A stretch of 64,000 nucleotides of DNA from a virus (IMGVR_UViG_3300028805_000081:1-64000); one strand, 5' to 3'; positions 49,079 through 58,593 are shown, numbered from the stretch's first letter. Notes: generated by a model from the letters alone, not told the origin. Program-made: numbers and translations.

Positions 49079-49813
49079 TTATGCGGTTTCTTCTTTGATA
49101 TGGTCGATAATTTCAGCGTGTCCGTTATAATCTATAAATATATCTGCATTTCCCGGTCTGCAATTAATCGGCATGATAATTGCAATTGAATTGCCGTTAA
49201 TGAGTGCCGCCGGGCGTTTGTTCTCCTGAATGTGAATTGTTTTTGCTTCTGTAAATAGCATAGCGTCAATTAAATAATCAAGTCTAACCACAATATTATT
49301 ATTAATATTAACTTTCAACGGTTCAGATTTTAATTTTCTGTTGGTGCTTTTATACTGGGCTTTTAAGATCTTTTCAAGGGCTTTCAGGTTTTCAGGGCTT
49401 TGTAAATAGTCCTCCGTTATCATGTCCGAGATTGAATTTAAAGAACTTTGGAAAGTGTTTAAATATTCGCTTTTAACGTCTGTTTGTGTTTCGTGGTCAG
49501 TATAATTCATAGTGGCGTATAATCTCCAAGGACTCGCAAATATTTGATACTGTTCTATTGTAAACGGCTTCGTCATAAATTTCATTTGTTCGGCTCTGTC
49601 TTGCTCGCCTCTACAATAAAGTTTTTCATAATTATTCAGGCTTTCGTCAAGTACATTTTTAATTGCTTTTATGCGTCCATTGCTGCCGGTTTTCTTCTTG
49701 TCTGCTTCTTCAATAAGTTCTGTTTGAAGGTCATTTATAATTGCCTGAGCTTCAAATAAATCATGATTTTTAATAACAATTGTTAGGCGTTCAATAAGTT
49801 TTTCATTTTTCAT
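49079..49813 (-). CDS. sliding-clamp (DNA Pol III beta)-like partial-domain protein
   Basis: C-terminal LDYLIDAM...I...RPAALI...AIIMPI resembles the last beta-clamp domain. Confidence 0.45.
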   Translation of the reverse strand: MKNEKLIERLTIVIKNHDLFEAQAIINDLQTELIEEADKKKTGSNGRIKAIKNVLDESLNNYEKLYCRGEQDRAEQMKFMTKPFTIEQYQIFASPWRLYATMNYTDHETQTDVKSEYLNTFQSSLNSISDMITEDYLQSPENLKALEKILKAQYKSTNRKLKSEPLKVNINNNIVVRLDYLIDAMLFTEAKTIHIQENKRPAALINGNSIAIIMPINCRPGNADIFIDYNGHAEIIDHIKEETA

Positions 49814-49908
49814 TTTAATTTCATCCTTTCATACTGTGCCGGGATCGCTCCGAGGCGTGTTTATCGCTTGAGGCTTTCCCGGCTGCTGTGGCTTCCTGAT
49901 TGTTTATA

Positions 49909-50946
49909 TTATAATATCGGGTTTAATTCCTTTGTATCTGCACTGTATAACCAAACTTTATTGCTTAGTGTGTCATCACCTCCGAAAATTCTATTAGTTT
50001 CTGTCACGTTTCTTTTTATGTTTTCGGGTTCAATACTGCCTTTTTTATGTGTCATTGCTTCATGTACACTAGTAAACGCTAAATAAAAATCAGAATTACC
50101 ATAGAGTTTTGAAATCCTTTCAAGCGTTCCCGGAAGGAATGCCGCTATTGCTCCGTTTGTCTTTCGGTCTGTTGTCAAGAGTGCAATTCTGTCCGGGTTC
50201 AGCTCTTTAACTGTATAGCCTTTTTCCATTAATGCGCATTCTTTAAATGGTGCGCCTTCAATGTCAAAAATATTAGTGTATAATCTCGGCTTGTAAATTC
50301 TGTTTGTGTTTTCAAGTGCGTTATTCAAAATTTCTTCGGTGGTCTTGCCCCATGTTTCTGTAATGATTTCCGGGACTTTGATTGTGTTTAAAATGCCGTT
50401 TCCCTGATCGTCAAGAACAATTGCGTATAATGTTAGTGCAATATCACCGATTTTATTATAAATATTTCCGTTTAACTTGCTTGCATTAATGTCATAATTA
50501 AGTGGTCTTAATATTAAACGGTCTTTTATATTTTCGTACTTGTCGAGGCTGTTTGCTGTGTCGTTTGCCTGATCTCTGATAAAAAGTGCATACTTTATAT
50601 TATCTAATACTGTTTTAATAACTGCGCTTTCTCCGGCTTCGTTGTAAAGCTTTTTCAGGCTGTCAACCTTTAAAAATACGCTGTTTTTTGGCTGCTCCGG
50701 TGTGATTGAGTATACAAACATACTTATTAAAAGGCTTTCGCTCTCGGTATCGTTGCAATACTTTTTATTAATCACCTTAAAAAGCTCTTTTTCTGCTTCT
50801 GTCTGTGGCTCTGTGCCTTTGTAATAGCTTGTTAACTCTGCACCTGTATCAAGTATATCAGCGTTATTCATAAGTAAATCAATAATATAATTATATGTGC
50901 TGTCTGCTGTGGCTGCTGTTGGTCTGTGTTCGTTGTGGTTTGTCAT
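49909..50946 (-). CDS. DUF5688-like protein
   Basis: IKDRLILRPLNY...GDIAL...W...ALENT...NGAIAAFLPG...DFYLAFTSVHE. Confidence 0.7.
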   Translation of the reverse strand: MTNHNEHRPTAATADSTYNYIIDLLMNNADILDTGAELTSYYKGTEPQTEAEKELFKVINKKYCNDTESESLLISMFVYSITPEQPKNSVFLKVDSLKKLYNEAGESAVIKTVLDNIKYALFIRDQANDTANSLDKYENIKDRLILRPLNYDINASKLNGNIYNKIGDIALTLYAIVLDDQGNGILNTIKVPEIITETWGKTTEEILNNALENTNRIYKPRLYTNIFDIEGAPFKECALMEKGYTVKELNPDRIALLTTDRKTNGAIAAFLPGTLERISKLYGNSDFYLAFTSVHEAMTHKKGSIEPENIKRNVTETNRIFGGDDTLSNKVWLYSADTKELNPIL

Positions 50947-50987
50947 GGTTAAATACCTCCGTTATAATTGTTTGTGGTTTCTTGGTT

Positions 50988-51428
50988 TTAATCTTCAAAA
51001 TAATTAATTCGTGGCGGTTCTGTGTATGTTGTGTTATCGGTTGCCCTGATCGTCTGCACTTTGTACCGTGTCAAGCTTAAAATGTAGTTTAATTCCCATG
51101 TATACGGCTTTGCAATTGCCTTTAAATTTTCAGGGACTAAATTATAATTATGTCCGTCTGCTATTAAACTTTTACGCCTTTTATTTTCTTCAATTCTCCA
51201 AAGCTTAACCGCCTTTTTTAGCTTCCGAGGGTATGCAGTAAAGGTTGTTATTTTCTCGCCTGTTTCCGTGTCAATTAATAAATAATCTACGGTAAAAGCT
51301 AATCTAAACCGTCTGAAAAAAGGATCTTGTAAATCCGTTTCAATAGCTTTTCGTGTGGCTGGTTTAATGTAAGAAGTATAACTATAATTTTCAAGCGCTT
51401 TTTCTTTGAATTTTTCGAGGTGGTTCAC
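50988..51428 (-). CDS. hypothetical early protein
   Basis: 146-aa ORF behind AAGGAG. Confidence 0.6.
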   Translation of the reverse strand: MNHLEKFKEKALENYSYTSYIKPATRKAIETDLQDPFFRRFRLAFTVDYLLIDTETGEKITTFTAYPRKLKKAVKLWRIEENKRRKSLIADGHNYNLVPENLKAIAKPYTWELNYILSLTRYKVQTIRATDNTTYTEPPRINYFED

Positions 51429-51435
51429 TGTGTTT

Positions 51436-51573
51436 TCACTCCTTAACTTTATTTACTGTAACATAATAACCGGTAAATGCTTCTGCGGTTGCTTTGACTT
51501 CTTCGGCTGGTTTGTATAATCTCGCTATTAGTGCGGGGCTTGTTGCGTCCTTGTATATGTCTATTCTATACAT
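51436..51573 (-). CDS. small hypothetical protein (45 aa, not in ORF track)
   Basis: MYRIDIYKDATSPALIARLYKPAEEVKATAEAFTGYYVTVNKVKE behind AAGGAG. Confidence 0.55.
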   Translation of the reverse strand: MYRIDIYKDATSPALIARLYKPAEEVKATAEAFTGYYVTVNKVKE

Positions 51574-51580
51574 AATCAAT

Positions 51581-51862
51581 TCACTCCTTTTCAAGTTTCA
51601 TTAGTTCCCATGTTTCGAGGTCATAATAATTCAATATTTCATCATCCTCAATATAAAACGGTGTATTGTTATCACTGAGAATTATTATATAAGTTTCGCC
51701 CGGCTGGAGGCGGTCTGCGTATATCTCAAATATCTCACCATTAATATTAAAGCTTGTGTCGCTGGCTGCCGTTCCGGTTTCCTGATATATGCCCGGTTCG
51801 ATGTATTGGCATGATGTGCAAGCGGTTGCAATTAAAGCAAGTAAAGCAATTATTTTTTTCAT
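51581..51862 (-). CDS. secreted/lipoprotein-like small protein
   Basis: MKKIIALLALIATAC signal peptide with lipobox-like Cys. Confidence 0.6.
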   Translation of the reverse strand: MKKIIALLALIATACTSCQYIEPGIYQETGTAASDTSFNINGEIFEIYADRLQPGETYIIILSDNNTPFYIEDDEILNYYDLETWELMKLEKE

Positions 51863-51877
51863 GGTCTTTTCATCCTT

Positions 51878-52165
51878 TCACTGTATACCGATTTTAATAT
51901 TAAATTCTGCGTGCCTTGCGAGGTCGTAAACTGCCGAAAAATTAATATCAAACGTATAATATAATTCTTCTTTCTGTTCTTCTGTCAGATTGTAAATGCT
52001 GTTTGTTATCGCTGCCCGTCCGCCTTCATAAGCTTTGTCAAGCTGTTTTTGTGCCTGTTTTACTTCTTCAATGCTGTGCAAGTTCTCGAATATTGGCGAG
52101 GCTTTTGTGATAAGATCTTGAATATTTGAAATTATCCCGGCTTTTAATTTTGAAATGTCTTTCAT
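51878..52165 (-). CDS. hypothetical early protein
   Basis: GGAGG RBS; ATGA overlap. Confidence 0.6.
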   Translation of the reverse strand: MKDISKLKAGIISNIQDLITKASPIFENLHSIEEVKQAQKQLDKAYEGGRAAITNSIYNLTEEQKEELYYTFDINFSAVYDLARHAEFNIKIGIQ

Positions 52166-52671
52166 GGTGTCATTGCCTCCCGCTGTATTTTCAATTCTGT
52201 TTCGAGTTCTTCAACGAATTTATAAAGATTTTCTATCCCGTCTATGTCGTTTTCTTCTATGCTTTCTTTTATTTCTTCCTGATAATCATTTAACTTTGTT
52301 TCAAGCTTCTTAATATATTCAATGTGCCTGTCCGGGTGTCGTGTGTATCGGCTTTTTGCACGGTCTTTCATTTGCTGGAGTTTTTCAGCCTTGTATGCTT
52401 TGTTTGTTTCTTCGATTTCTGCCGGTGTCAAGCTAAAATTAATGGTGCTGCAACCATTTAATTTTGAATAGCTTAAAAATACTTGTCTGCCTTCCCACTG
52501 ATAATAATAATTATCATGTTTATATGTTCCGCTGGCTGTTTCAATGTGTGCCGTGCTTCTCTGCATGTACTTAATACAAATAGCTGTTTGTTTCGCTGTG
52601 ATCCATTTATCCCGGTTTGCTCCGGTCTGATCAAATAAAGATCTTAAAAAAACATCATCAAACCATTTCAT
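52162..52671 (-). CDS. hypothetical early protein
   Basis: GAGGAG RBS; first gene after the promoter at 52745-52773. Confidence 0.65.
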   Translation of the reverse strand: MKWFDDVFLRSLFDQTGANRDKWITAKQTAICIKYMQRSTAHIETASGTYKHDNYYYQWEGRQVFLSYSKLNGCSTINFSLTPAEIEETNKAYKAEKLQQMKDRAKSRYTRHPDRHIEYIKKLETKLNDYQEEIKESIEENDIDGIENLYKFVEELETELKIQREAMTP

Positions 52672-52744
52672 TTTTTAACACTCCTCAAACCTGTTGACGT
52701 GGTGGCGGTTTCCGGATCGCTCCGGATTTTCTTTTACTATCATT

Positions 52745-52776
52745 ATTATATCACTTTCCTCCGTCCACGTCAACAC
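52745..52776 (-). promoter_or_regulatory. early promoter, GTGTTGACRTGGRCGG family
   Basis: GTG-TTGACG-TGGACGGAGGAAAGTGA-TATAAT. Confidence 0.8.
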
Positions 52777-52920
52777 TTTTCAGGCGTGTTCTGTATGGTT
52801 TATGAGTTATATAATTATAACCTAAACTATATAACTTTGTTTACTTCTTAAACTGTTCTATCGTTTCTAAAATGCTGGTGATGCTGCAAAAAATCAGCGA
52901 GGATATTAATAATATTAGTG

Positions 52921-53748
52921 TCATGCTGTTTTATCCTCCTTGATGGCTTCAATGTTTTTCTTGATAGTATCAATAAAGGACTTTAATATATTAAAATCTG
53001 CATGATTTACAACTGTTTCTGCGGTTGCTGGGTTTAAGATCTCGTTTTCTATGTCCTTTATAAAAGGCGTATTTTTAAAAAGGTTTTTATTATTCTGCAT
53101 TGATACATAGAAATAATTATATAAATTATTCAAATGTACTTTTGTTAGTTGCTTCTGCTGTTCGGGCGTCAACCCGTTAAATTCTGCTGTTCTGTTGTAC
53201 TGGGTATTATCCCACAAAGCTTTAAAAACTGTATTATAATCAGGTATATTAATAAATATATGCTTTTCTTCTCGTTCTTCCTCGGTTAGTCTGCTATTAG
53301 CAAATATATTTATATTGTACTGCATACAATCAATATAGCCTTTTATAATAGCGTCCTTTAGTTCGTCGGCTGCCTTTGGTCGCTTGTCGTGTAAACAGAT
53401 TACGGTGTCATTATATCCAATGTTTTCATATGTTTTTCTGATAGTATAATTATTTATTTTTGCGTCCCTCCATATTTTTAATACTTCTTTTTCGTATGTT
53501 CTCGGGCGTGTTTCAGAATTATAAAACCATTTGATAACTGTTATATTAATATCTCTTTCTTTTAAAAACTTTGTGGCTTTTTCTATAGCTTCGTGCATTT
53601 CCTGTATGTGTCCCGGGTTTGCTTCAATCCATGCTTTCACGTGGCTTTCAAGCCCTTTTACAGTTGCAATATAGTCAAGTTCTATTAATAACTTCCATTC
53701 TTTCATAATTGTAGTACCTCCGTTTATTCTGATCACATTAGGCAACAA
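52921..53748 (-). CDS. hypothetical early protein
   Basis: Probable start MKEWK behind GGAGGT. Confidence 0.6.
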   Translation of the reverse strand: MLPNVIRINGGTTIMKEWKLLIELDYIATVKGLESHVKAWIEANPGHIQEMHEAIEKATKFLKERDINITVIKWFYNSETRPRTYEKEVLKIWRDAKINNYTIRKTYENIGYNDTVICLHDKRPKAADELKDAIIKGYIDCMQYNINIFANSRLTEEEREEKHIFINIPDYNTVFKALWDNTQYNRTAEFNGLTPEQQKQLTKVHLNNLYNYFYVSMQNNKNLFKNTPFIKDIENEILNPATAETVVNHADFNILKSFIDTIKKNIEAIKEDKTA

Positions 53749-53814
53749 ACAAAGATTATATTTCCCCGGTCGGGTTGTCTTTTGCTCGCTGCCTGTTGTG
53801 ATTGTTGGTGTGTC

Positions 53815-53928
53815 TTACTTCTTTAAATCAACCTTTTTCTTTAAATCAACTCGGTACGGCTGCGGGTGCTGTCTGTCTGTGCTGCGTGTGCGTTTGGTCA
53901 GTGTGACCGGTTTTTTTAATGTTACCAT
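53815..53928 (-). CDS. 37-aa basic peptide with four V-x-L-x-K motifs (not in ORF track)
   Basis: MVTLKKPVTLTKRTRSTDRQHPQPYRVDLKKKVDLKK behind AAGGGG. Confidence 0.5.
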   Translation of the reverse strand: MVTLKKPVTLTKRTRSTDRQHPQPYRVDLKKKVDLKK

Positions 53929-53943
53929 AGTTTTAAACCCCTT

Positions 53944-54180
53944 TCATACTCTGTTTAAATAGTCCTCGATAAATGCGAGGGCGCTTTTCTGTGTCAGGTC
54001 GTGTGCGCTCGGTGTCTGTAGTCCGTCAATCTCAAAACGGTAAACACTGGCTTTTGTTCTGTCCATCCATAATTTTAATCCGACTTTGTGCCCGTCAACT
54101 GTGTAATACTGGTTTATCCATGAGTTTTTACAGTTTTTCATGTGGTTCTTGATGTGCTGCATAAATTCCGCTTTTGTCAT
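53944..54180 (-). CDS. hypothetical early protein
   Basis: GAGGT RBS. Confidence 0.6.
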   Translation of the reverse strand: MTKAEFMQHIKNHMKNCKNSWINQYYTVDGHKVGLKLWMDRTKASVYRFEIDGLQTPSAHDLTQKSALAFIEDYLNRV

Positions 54181-54199
54181 TGTCTAATACCTCTATTAA

Positions 54200-54583
54200 T
54201 TATTTCTTAACTTTCATACTAATTTCTTTAATATCATTAAAATTGATATGTGGGCTGTATGGCTTCTTTGTTTCGTCAAGTTTCATTTCTATAAAATGTG
54301 GGTAAACTGTTTTTAAGTGTTCTATGTCTTGCATTAACTCGGTGTATTCTTCCGGGCTGAGATCCTGAAGGTGTTTATGATCCCATTTTAACCACATTTT
54401 CCGGGCTGTACCTTTTAAAAGTCTGTCTTGTGCCTGCCCGCCTGTTTTATAATCGGTTTTGGGTCTGTTGAATTCGTTTGCCGATGTGCTAAAATGTGCG
54501 CGTTTGTTAGTTGATAATGTATAGTAATGTATTTCAAATACTATCATTCTTGATACCATAAAGGCGTATAAAAATTCTTTCAT
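54200..54583 (-). CDS. hypothetical early protein
   Basis: GGAGGT RBS; FSTSA...GGQAQ...W.KWD.KHL. Confidence 0.65.
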   Translation of the reverse strand: MKEFLYAFMVSRMIVFEIHYYTLSTNKRAHFSTSANEFNRPKTDYKTGGQAQDRLLKGTARKMWLKWDHKHLQDLSPEEYTELMQDIEHLKTVYPHFIEMKLDETKKPYSPHINFNDIKEISMKVKK

Positions 54584-54683
54584 ATTCTATTTACCTCCAT
54601 TAATCACTTCTATAATTCAGCTGTACCGGGCTAACGCTCCGGTATCAGCTAAACTATAGATTTTTGTTTACTGGTTTTTAAAA

Positions 54684-55148
54684 TTAATCTGCATCGGCTG
54701 CCGGTTCAATGTTTTTGTAGGCTGCCTCGCCCATGTTGCACTGAATTTCAGTTAATACGTTACTGTATGCCGTGCCGAAGTGCTGAATACCTAACAAATA
54801 CATGTCAAGTTTTTCATTATAGTAAACAATTTCATTTGTAAAGTCTTTCAGGATATTTGCACCGGCTTCTGAGATAATAAACCATGTGTAAATCTCGTTA
54901 TATTCCTCATGGTCATAATCCTCGCCCGGCTCAACTTCGTTCCCGTCTGCATCGTAATATGTGCAATCGCTGCCGTTTTCTATTTCCCAATAATCGCAAA
55001 ATTCCGGAAGGGAAATAATTGTATTATTCATTACGGCATCGAATGACTTTAAAAGTGTTGCATAATCAACCCGGTTATGCTCGATCCCATAGTCAGAAAT
55101 TTTCTGACCGCAAAAATAAACTCCTGATACACCTTTTAATCTTGGCAT
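54684..55148 (-). CDS. acidic phage early protein
   Basis: EIYTWFIIS...EIVYYNEKLDMYLLGIQHFGT; first gene after the promoter at 55223-55251. Confidence 0.65.
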   Translation of the reverse strand: MPRLKGVSGVYFCGQKISDYGIEHNRVDYATLLKSFDAVMNNTIISLPEFCDYWEIENGSDCTYYDADGNEVEPGEDYDHEEYNEIYTWFIISEAGANILKDFTNEIVYYNEKLDMYLLGIQHFGTAYSNVLTEIQCNMGEAAYKNIEPAADAD

Positions 55149-55222
55149 AATAAATTCCTCCTAAAAATTAACATGTGCGGCTTGTATTCGTTTCGGGCGT
55201 TCTATCCTTGCCCTGTGATTAT

Positions 55223-55254
55223 ATTATAAATCAATTTCCCGTCCATGTCAACAC
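55223..55254 (-). promoter_or_regulatory. early promoter, GTGTTGACRTGGRCGG family
   Basis: GTG-TTGACA-TGGACGGGAAATTGATT-TATAAT. Confidence 0.8.
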
Positions 55255-55344
55255 TTTTAAATAAAAATATATTGCTTGTGAGTAATAATATTATAACCTA
55301 ACAGTTATATATACTATTATATAGGCTTTTCGTGGTTAGTTTGA

Positions 55345-55795
55345 GAAGTCCGGAAGGTTGCGGGTTCAGCTCTTGCCGGGATCAGATCAGCGGTGCATCG
55401 TGTGTGGCTTCTGCATCTGCTCCGGTGATCGCTTGCGGGTGTCGGGATAATGCCCTCCGGGGTGTACATCTGCAAAAGCTCCGAATGTTTCCGGGTTGCT
55501 TCTTGCCGGGGTCAGTATTTCCGGGCGCATGATCTCCGGTTGTCGGTGTCAGTGCTTAAAGAGTGCCGCCTTAATTGCTTGAGGTGGTGCGGTCTTTGCC
55601 GGCTGCCGTTGGTGCTGTCGGTATCTGCTCGGACTGGTTCAGGCGTTCCCGGTGGTTTCTGTGGGTTCTGTAGGCGTTCCCGGTGGGATCTCCGGAAGGT
55701 TTCGGGCGTTTCCGGGACTTCTGCCGGGTTTCCGTGGGTTTTCTGCCGGGGTTTCTGTCGGTGGTTGTCAACCTGTCCGAGATCTTGACCGGGAT
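55345..55795. repeat. GC-rich, CCGG-dense non-coding island with short direct repeats
   Basis: 16 CCGG counted; AGGCGTTCCCGGTGG x2, TCCGGAAGGTT x2, TTCTGCCGGG x2, TCTTGCCGGG x2. Confidence 0.75.
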
Positions 55796-55908
55796 TTATT
55801 GGCATTTGGTTGGTAACTATAATACGCTATAACTGGAGGAAAATGGATTGTCTAAGGGACTGGTAGGATGTGGGACTGCTGGTGGGTTGCGGCAGCTCCG
55901 TCCTTCTC

Positions 55909-55955
55909 TTGACAACCTAAAATATTTATGCTACAATAAAGCAAACATAGTTCTA
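55909..55955 (+). promoter_or_regulatory. sigma-A-type promoter plus operator-like 15-mer
   Basis: TTGACA-17-TACAAT; GCAAACATAGTTCTA at 55941-55955. Confidence 0.75.
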
Positions 55956-56037
55956 TAGATGAGCGATAATTCGGCAATCTATAGGACATTAAACCACAAT
56001 AGATTGTCGCAAGACAGAAAATGAGGGAGGATCTCAC

Positions 56038-56877
56038 ATGAAATACCAAAAGGAATTTCTGACAGACTTCACGAGGGTTCACAATGAATTTCTTCGTGAT
56101 AAGACACTTAGTTTACAGGCACGAGGAGTTTTGATAACTCTGCTTCAGCTGCCGGACTCATGGAATCTCAGTGAAAAGACTATTATGAGCATACTACCTG
56201 ATGGTCAGAAGAAAGTTTCAACAGCTCTGAAGGAATGCGAGAAAGCCGGTTATCTCTGCCGGGAGCGTGTTGTTGATGAAAAAGGGAAAGTGGTAGATAT
56301 GATTTATCATATCAGTGATCAGAAGCTTCCCAGTAGCGTGCTTGAAAAGTCATTTAGACACGGAGTTAACAAAGTGATTAATGCTGTTAAAAATTTTGTC
56401 ACTTCAAAACAAAGTTCCTCAAATGAAGAAAACCCACAATTTAAAAAAGTAAATGTGGTTGACGCAAATACGGGAAACCGGAGTAATATCATAACAGATA
56501 ATACATGTAATAAAAATGCATGTAACAATCAATCAATCAACCCGGATGAGATTGAAACTGAAATAAAACAGAATGTCAGCTATGATTACTTGTGCGATCG
56601 TTACGACAAAGAGCGAGTCGATGAGGTAGTAGGGATTATGACCAGCGTTTTACTCAGCACGGCAGATAAGATCCGCTGCGGAAAGCAGGACATGTGCACA
56701 TTCAGCGTCCAGAATACTTTTAAGAAGTTGAATCACATGCACATAGAGTATGTTTTTGAATGTTTTAGTAAGCTAACAACAAAGATCAATAACGTCTATA
56801 ACTACATGGTCACAGCACTTTACCGATCTTATTTTACGATGAATCACTACTATGACTCAGAATGCCGGCTGCTTTAA
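56038..56877 (+). CDS. replication-initiator-like protein (N-terminal HTH plus DUF6017-like C-terminus)
   Basis: FTRVHNEFLRDKTLSLQARGVL...LPDSW...ALKECEKAGYL; C-terminal KLNHMHIEYV...INNVYNYMVTALY. Confidence 0.75.
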   Translation: MKYQKEFLTDFTRVHNEFLRDKTLSLQARGVLITLLQLPDSWNLSEKTIMSILPDGQKKVSTALKECEKAGYLCRERVVDEKGKVVDMIYHISDQKLPSSVLEKSFRHGVNKVINAVKNFVTSKQSSSNEENPQFKKVNVVDANTGNRSNIITDNTCNKNACNNQSINPDEIETEIKQNVSYDYLCDRYDKERVDEVVGIMTSVLLSTADKIRCGKQDMCTFSVQNTFKKLNHMHIEYVFECFSKLTTKINNVYNYMVTALYRSYFTMNHYYDSECRLL

Positions 56878-56881
56878 GATT

Positions 56882-57137
56882 TACGGAAAAATCGTTTCAG
56901 TTTCTTGGAAAAATCAATCCTGAAAGTACGGAAAAATCGTTTCCATATTTTTGGAAAATCAGTATCTTGACAATTGAATAGGCGTTTTTAAAATTTCCTG
57001 AAAATATTTCTGAAAAAATTTAAAAAAAGGTGTTGACATGGGCGGAGTTCAGTGATATAATAAACTCAATGAAAGAAATGAAGTCCGATAAAACCGGAAC
57101 TTACGGGAAAAATCATTCGGATTTCTTGGAAAAATCG
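56882..57137 (+). repeat. iteron-like GGAAAAATC repeats with 22-23 bp period
   Basis: Copies at 56885, 56907, 56930, 56953 (one A short), 57106 and 57128. Confidence 0.8.
57030..57061 (+). promoter_or_regulatory. early promoter, GTGTTGACRTGGRCGG family
   Basis: GTG-TTGACA-TGGGCGGAGTTCAGTGA-TATAAT. Confidence 0.8.
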
Positions 57138-57167
57138 TTTAGAAATATTTGACAGATTATTGAAAGG

Positions 57168-57818
57168 ATGTTTACTATGAAACTTAAAAACCATGAAGCA
57201 GTACTTGAAGCACTTATTGAACAGATTAAGGAATTTCAGTGTGATCTTAACAAGTATCAGACAGATGTTTACCTTTACATCAAGGACGGGAACGGAACTG
57301 TTGATACTTTTACAAACGTAGGTGGTAACAGCTGGCTTGATGATGATCACTTCACAATCTACACCGACAAAGAACACACAACTACAATTATAGACGAGCT
57401 TTCTGATGGTGAATCGTTTAACTGGCTTATTGATGAGCTTGAAAGTAATTATAATCTTTCAGGAATTAAGGAAAAAGCATATAAGGATATTACAGCTGCG
57501 ATAGATGACGAGGACTATCTCGATGATATAAGTACCTTTGATGATCTTGACTTATATGATGTCGAGATGTACCTTAAAAAGAACTATAGCACTCAGATTG
57601 AGGATTATTATAAGAAATATTTTATCCCGGACTGTTGTATGGATTATATCTCTGAAGCTGCTGACCATGTTTTAGATGAATTTGAAGAAACACACAGCTA
57701 TGTAGTTCTTGATGATGACCGTGAATTTGTTTCAAAACACGATGACTATGACGATGCTGTAAAGGCTGCTGAAGATCTTGGAAACAATGCAATAGTCACT
57801 GTATGGCTTGATGACTGA
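57168..57818 (+). CDS. highly acidic protein; paralog of 61554..62243
   Basis: Shared LNxYQTDVY...TFxNVGGNSWxxDDH...WLIDELES. Confidence 0.7.
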   Translation: MFTMKLKNHEAVLEALIEQIKEFQCDLNKYQTDVYLYIKDGNGTVDTFTNVGGNSWLDDDHFTIYTDKEHTTTIIDELSDGESFNWLIDELESNYNLSGIKEKAYKDITAAIDDEDYLDDISTFDDLDLYDVEMYLKKNYSTQIEDYYKKYFIPDCCMDYISEAADHVLDEFEETHSYVVLDDDREFVSKHDDYDDAVKAAEDLGNNAIVTVWLDD

Positions 57819-57920
57819 TTTTTTTTAAATCCAGTATAAACAAAATCTATAGATATATCATTAAGATTTGCCAGTCGGTTGATAACGGTGTATTTATGGA
57901 AAAATCAAGGAGAAATAATC

Positions 57921-58259
57921 ATGAATAAGAAGTTTGATTTACTGCCGCCTGATGTTCAGGATGAAGTCAAAACCGCTTTAAAGGCATATAACAAGGCTTA
58001 TGTGATATACGAATACGGAAAATATAACGTGTCTGTCGGCATAGCTATCAAGAATCATTATGCAGACGATCATGAGTTCATTGGAACATATTATGCCGAT
58101 GATGTTTTCAGTCCGGAAGAACGCATTATAAACTATGTCGAGTCGTTTCACTCATATCCGGGTGAGTACAAAGGCAAGCGTGATTACAATCTGATTAACA
58201 GTCTGTCTTGGAATGATCATGTGATGTTTGATGCTGCCGGGAATATAGTAAAGGTTTGA
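57921..58259 (+). CDS. hypothetical protein
   Basis: Start MNKKF behind AAGGAG (ORF track starts at 57879). Confidence 0.6.
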   Translation: MNKKFDLLPPDVQDEVKTALKAYNKAYVIYEYGKYNVSVGIAIKNHYADDHEFIGTYYADDVFSPEERIINYVESFHSYPGEYKGKRDYNLINSLSWNDHVMFDAAGNIVKV

Positions 58260-58287
58260 TTATTATGGAAAAATCGTAGGTGATTAT

Positions 58288-58593
58288 ATGAACTTAGATG
58301 ATGTTAAGAACCTTATAAACATTCAGAAAACTATCTTTATGAGAAGGCTGCTTGTTGATGATGAGGACTTCAATGAAAGATTTAAGGCTTATTGCATTGG
58401 AGTGTTTGAAACATTCCAGCTTTACAAAGGTATTTATCCGCCTAAAGATCTTTTGTCTAAGCATACAGATTCTGAAGTAAATGAATTAGACACATTTATA
58501 TTCAAGCGTTGTGTAGAACTTTCAAGAGAACATACGCATAAAGAAGTATCAAACAGAATTTTTCAGAATATTGAAAAGGAGTTACAACCATGA
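58288..58593 (+). CDS. hypothetical protein
   Basis: AGGTG RBS. Confidence 0.6.
   Translation: MNLDDVKNLINIQKTIFMRRLLVDDEDFNERFKAYCIGVFETFQLYKGIYPPKDLLSKHTDSEVNELDTFIFKRCVELSREHTHKEVSNRIFQNIEKELQP

Noticed and set aside
55332-56082. Overlapping ORFs in the CCGG island
   Set aside because: Open frames on both strands arise from stop-poor GC-rich repeats; no RBS and atypical composition.
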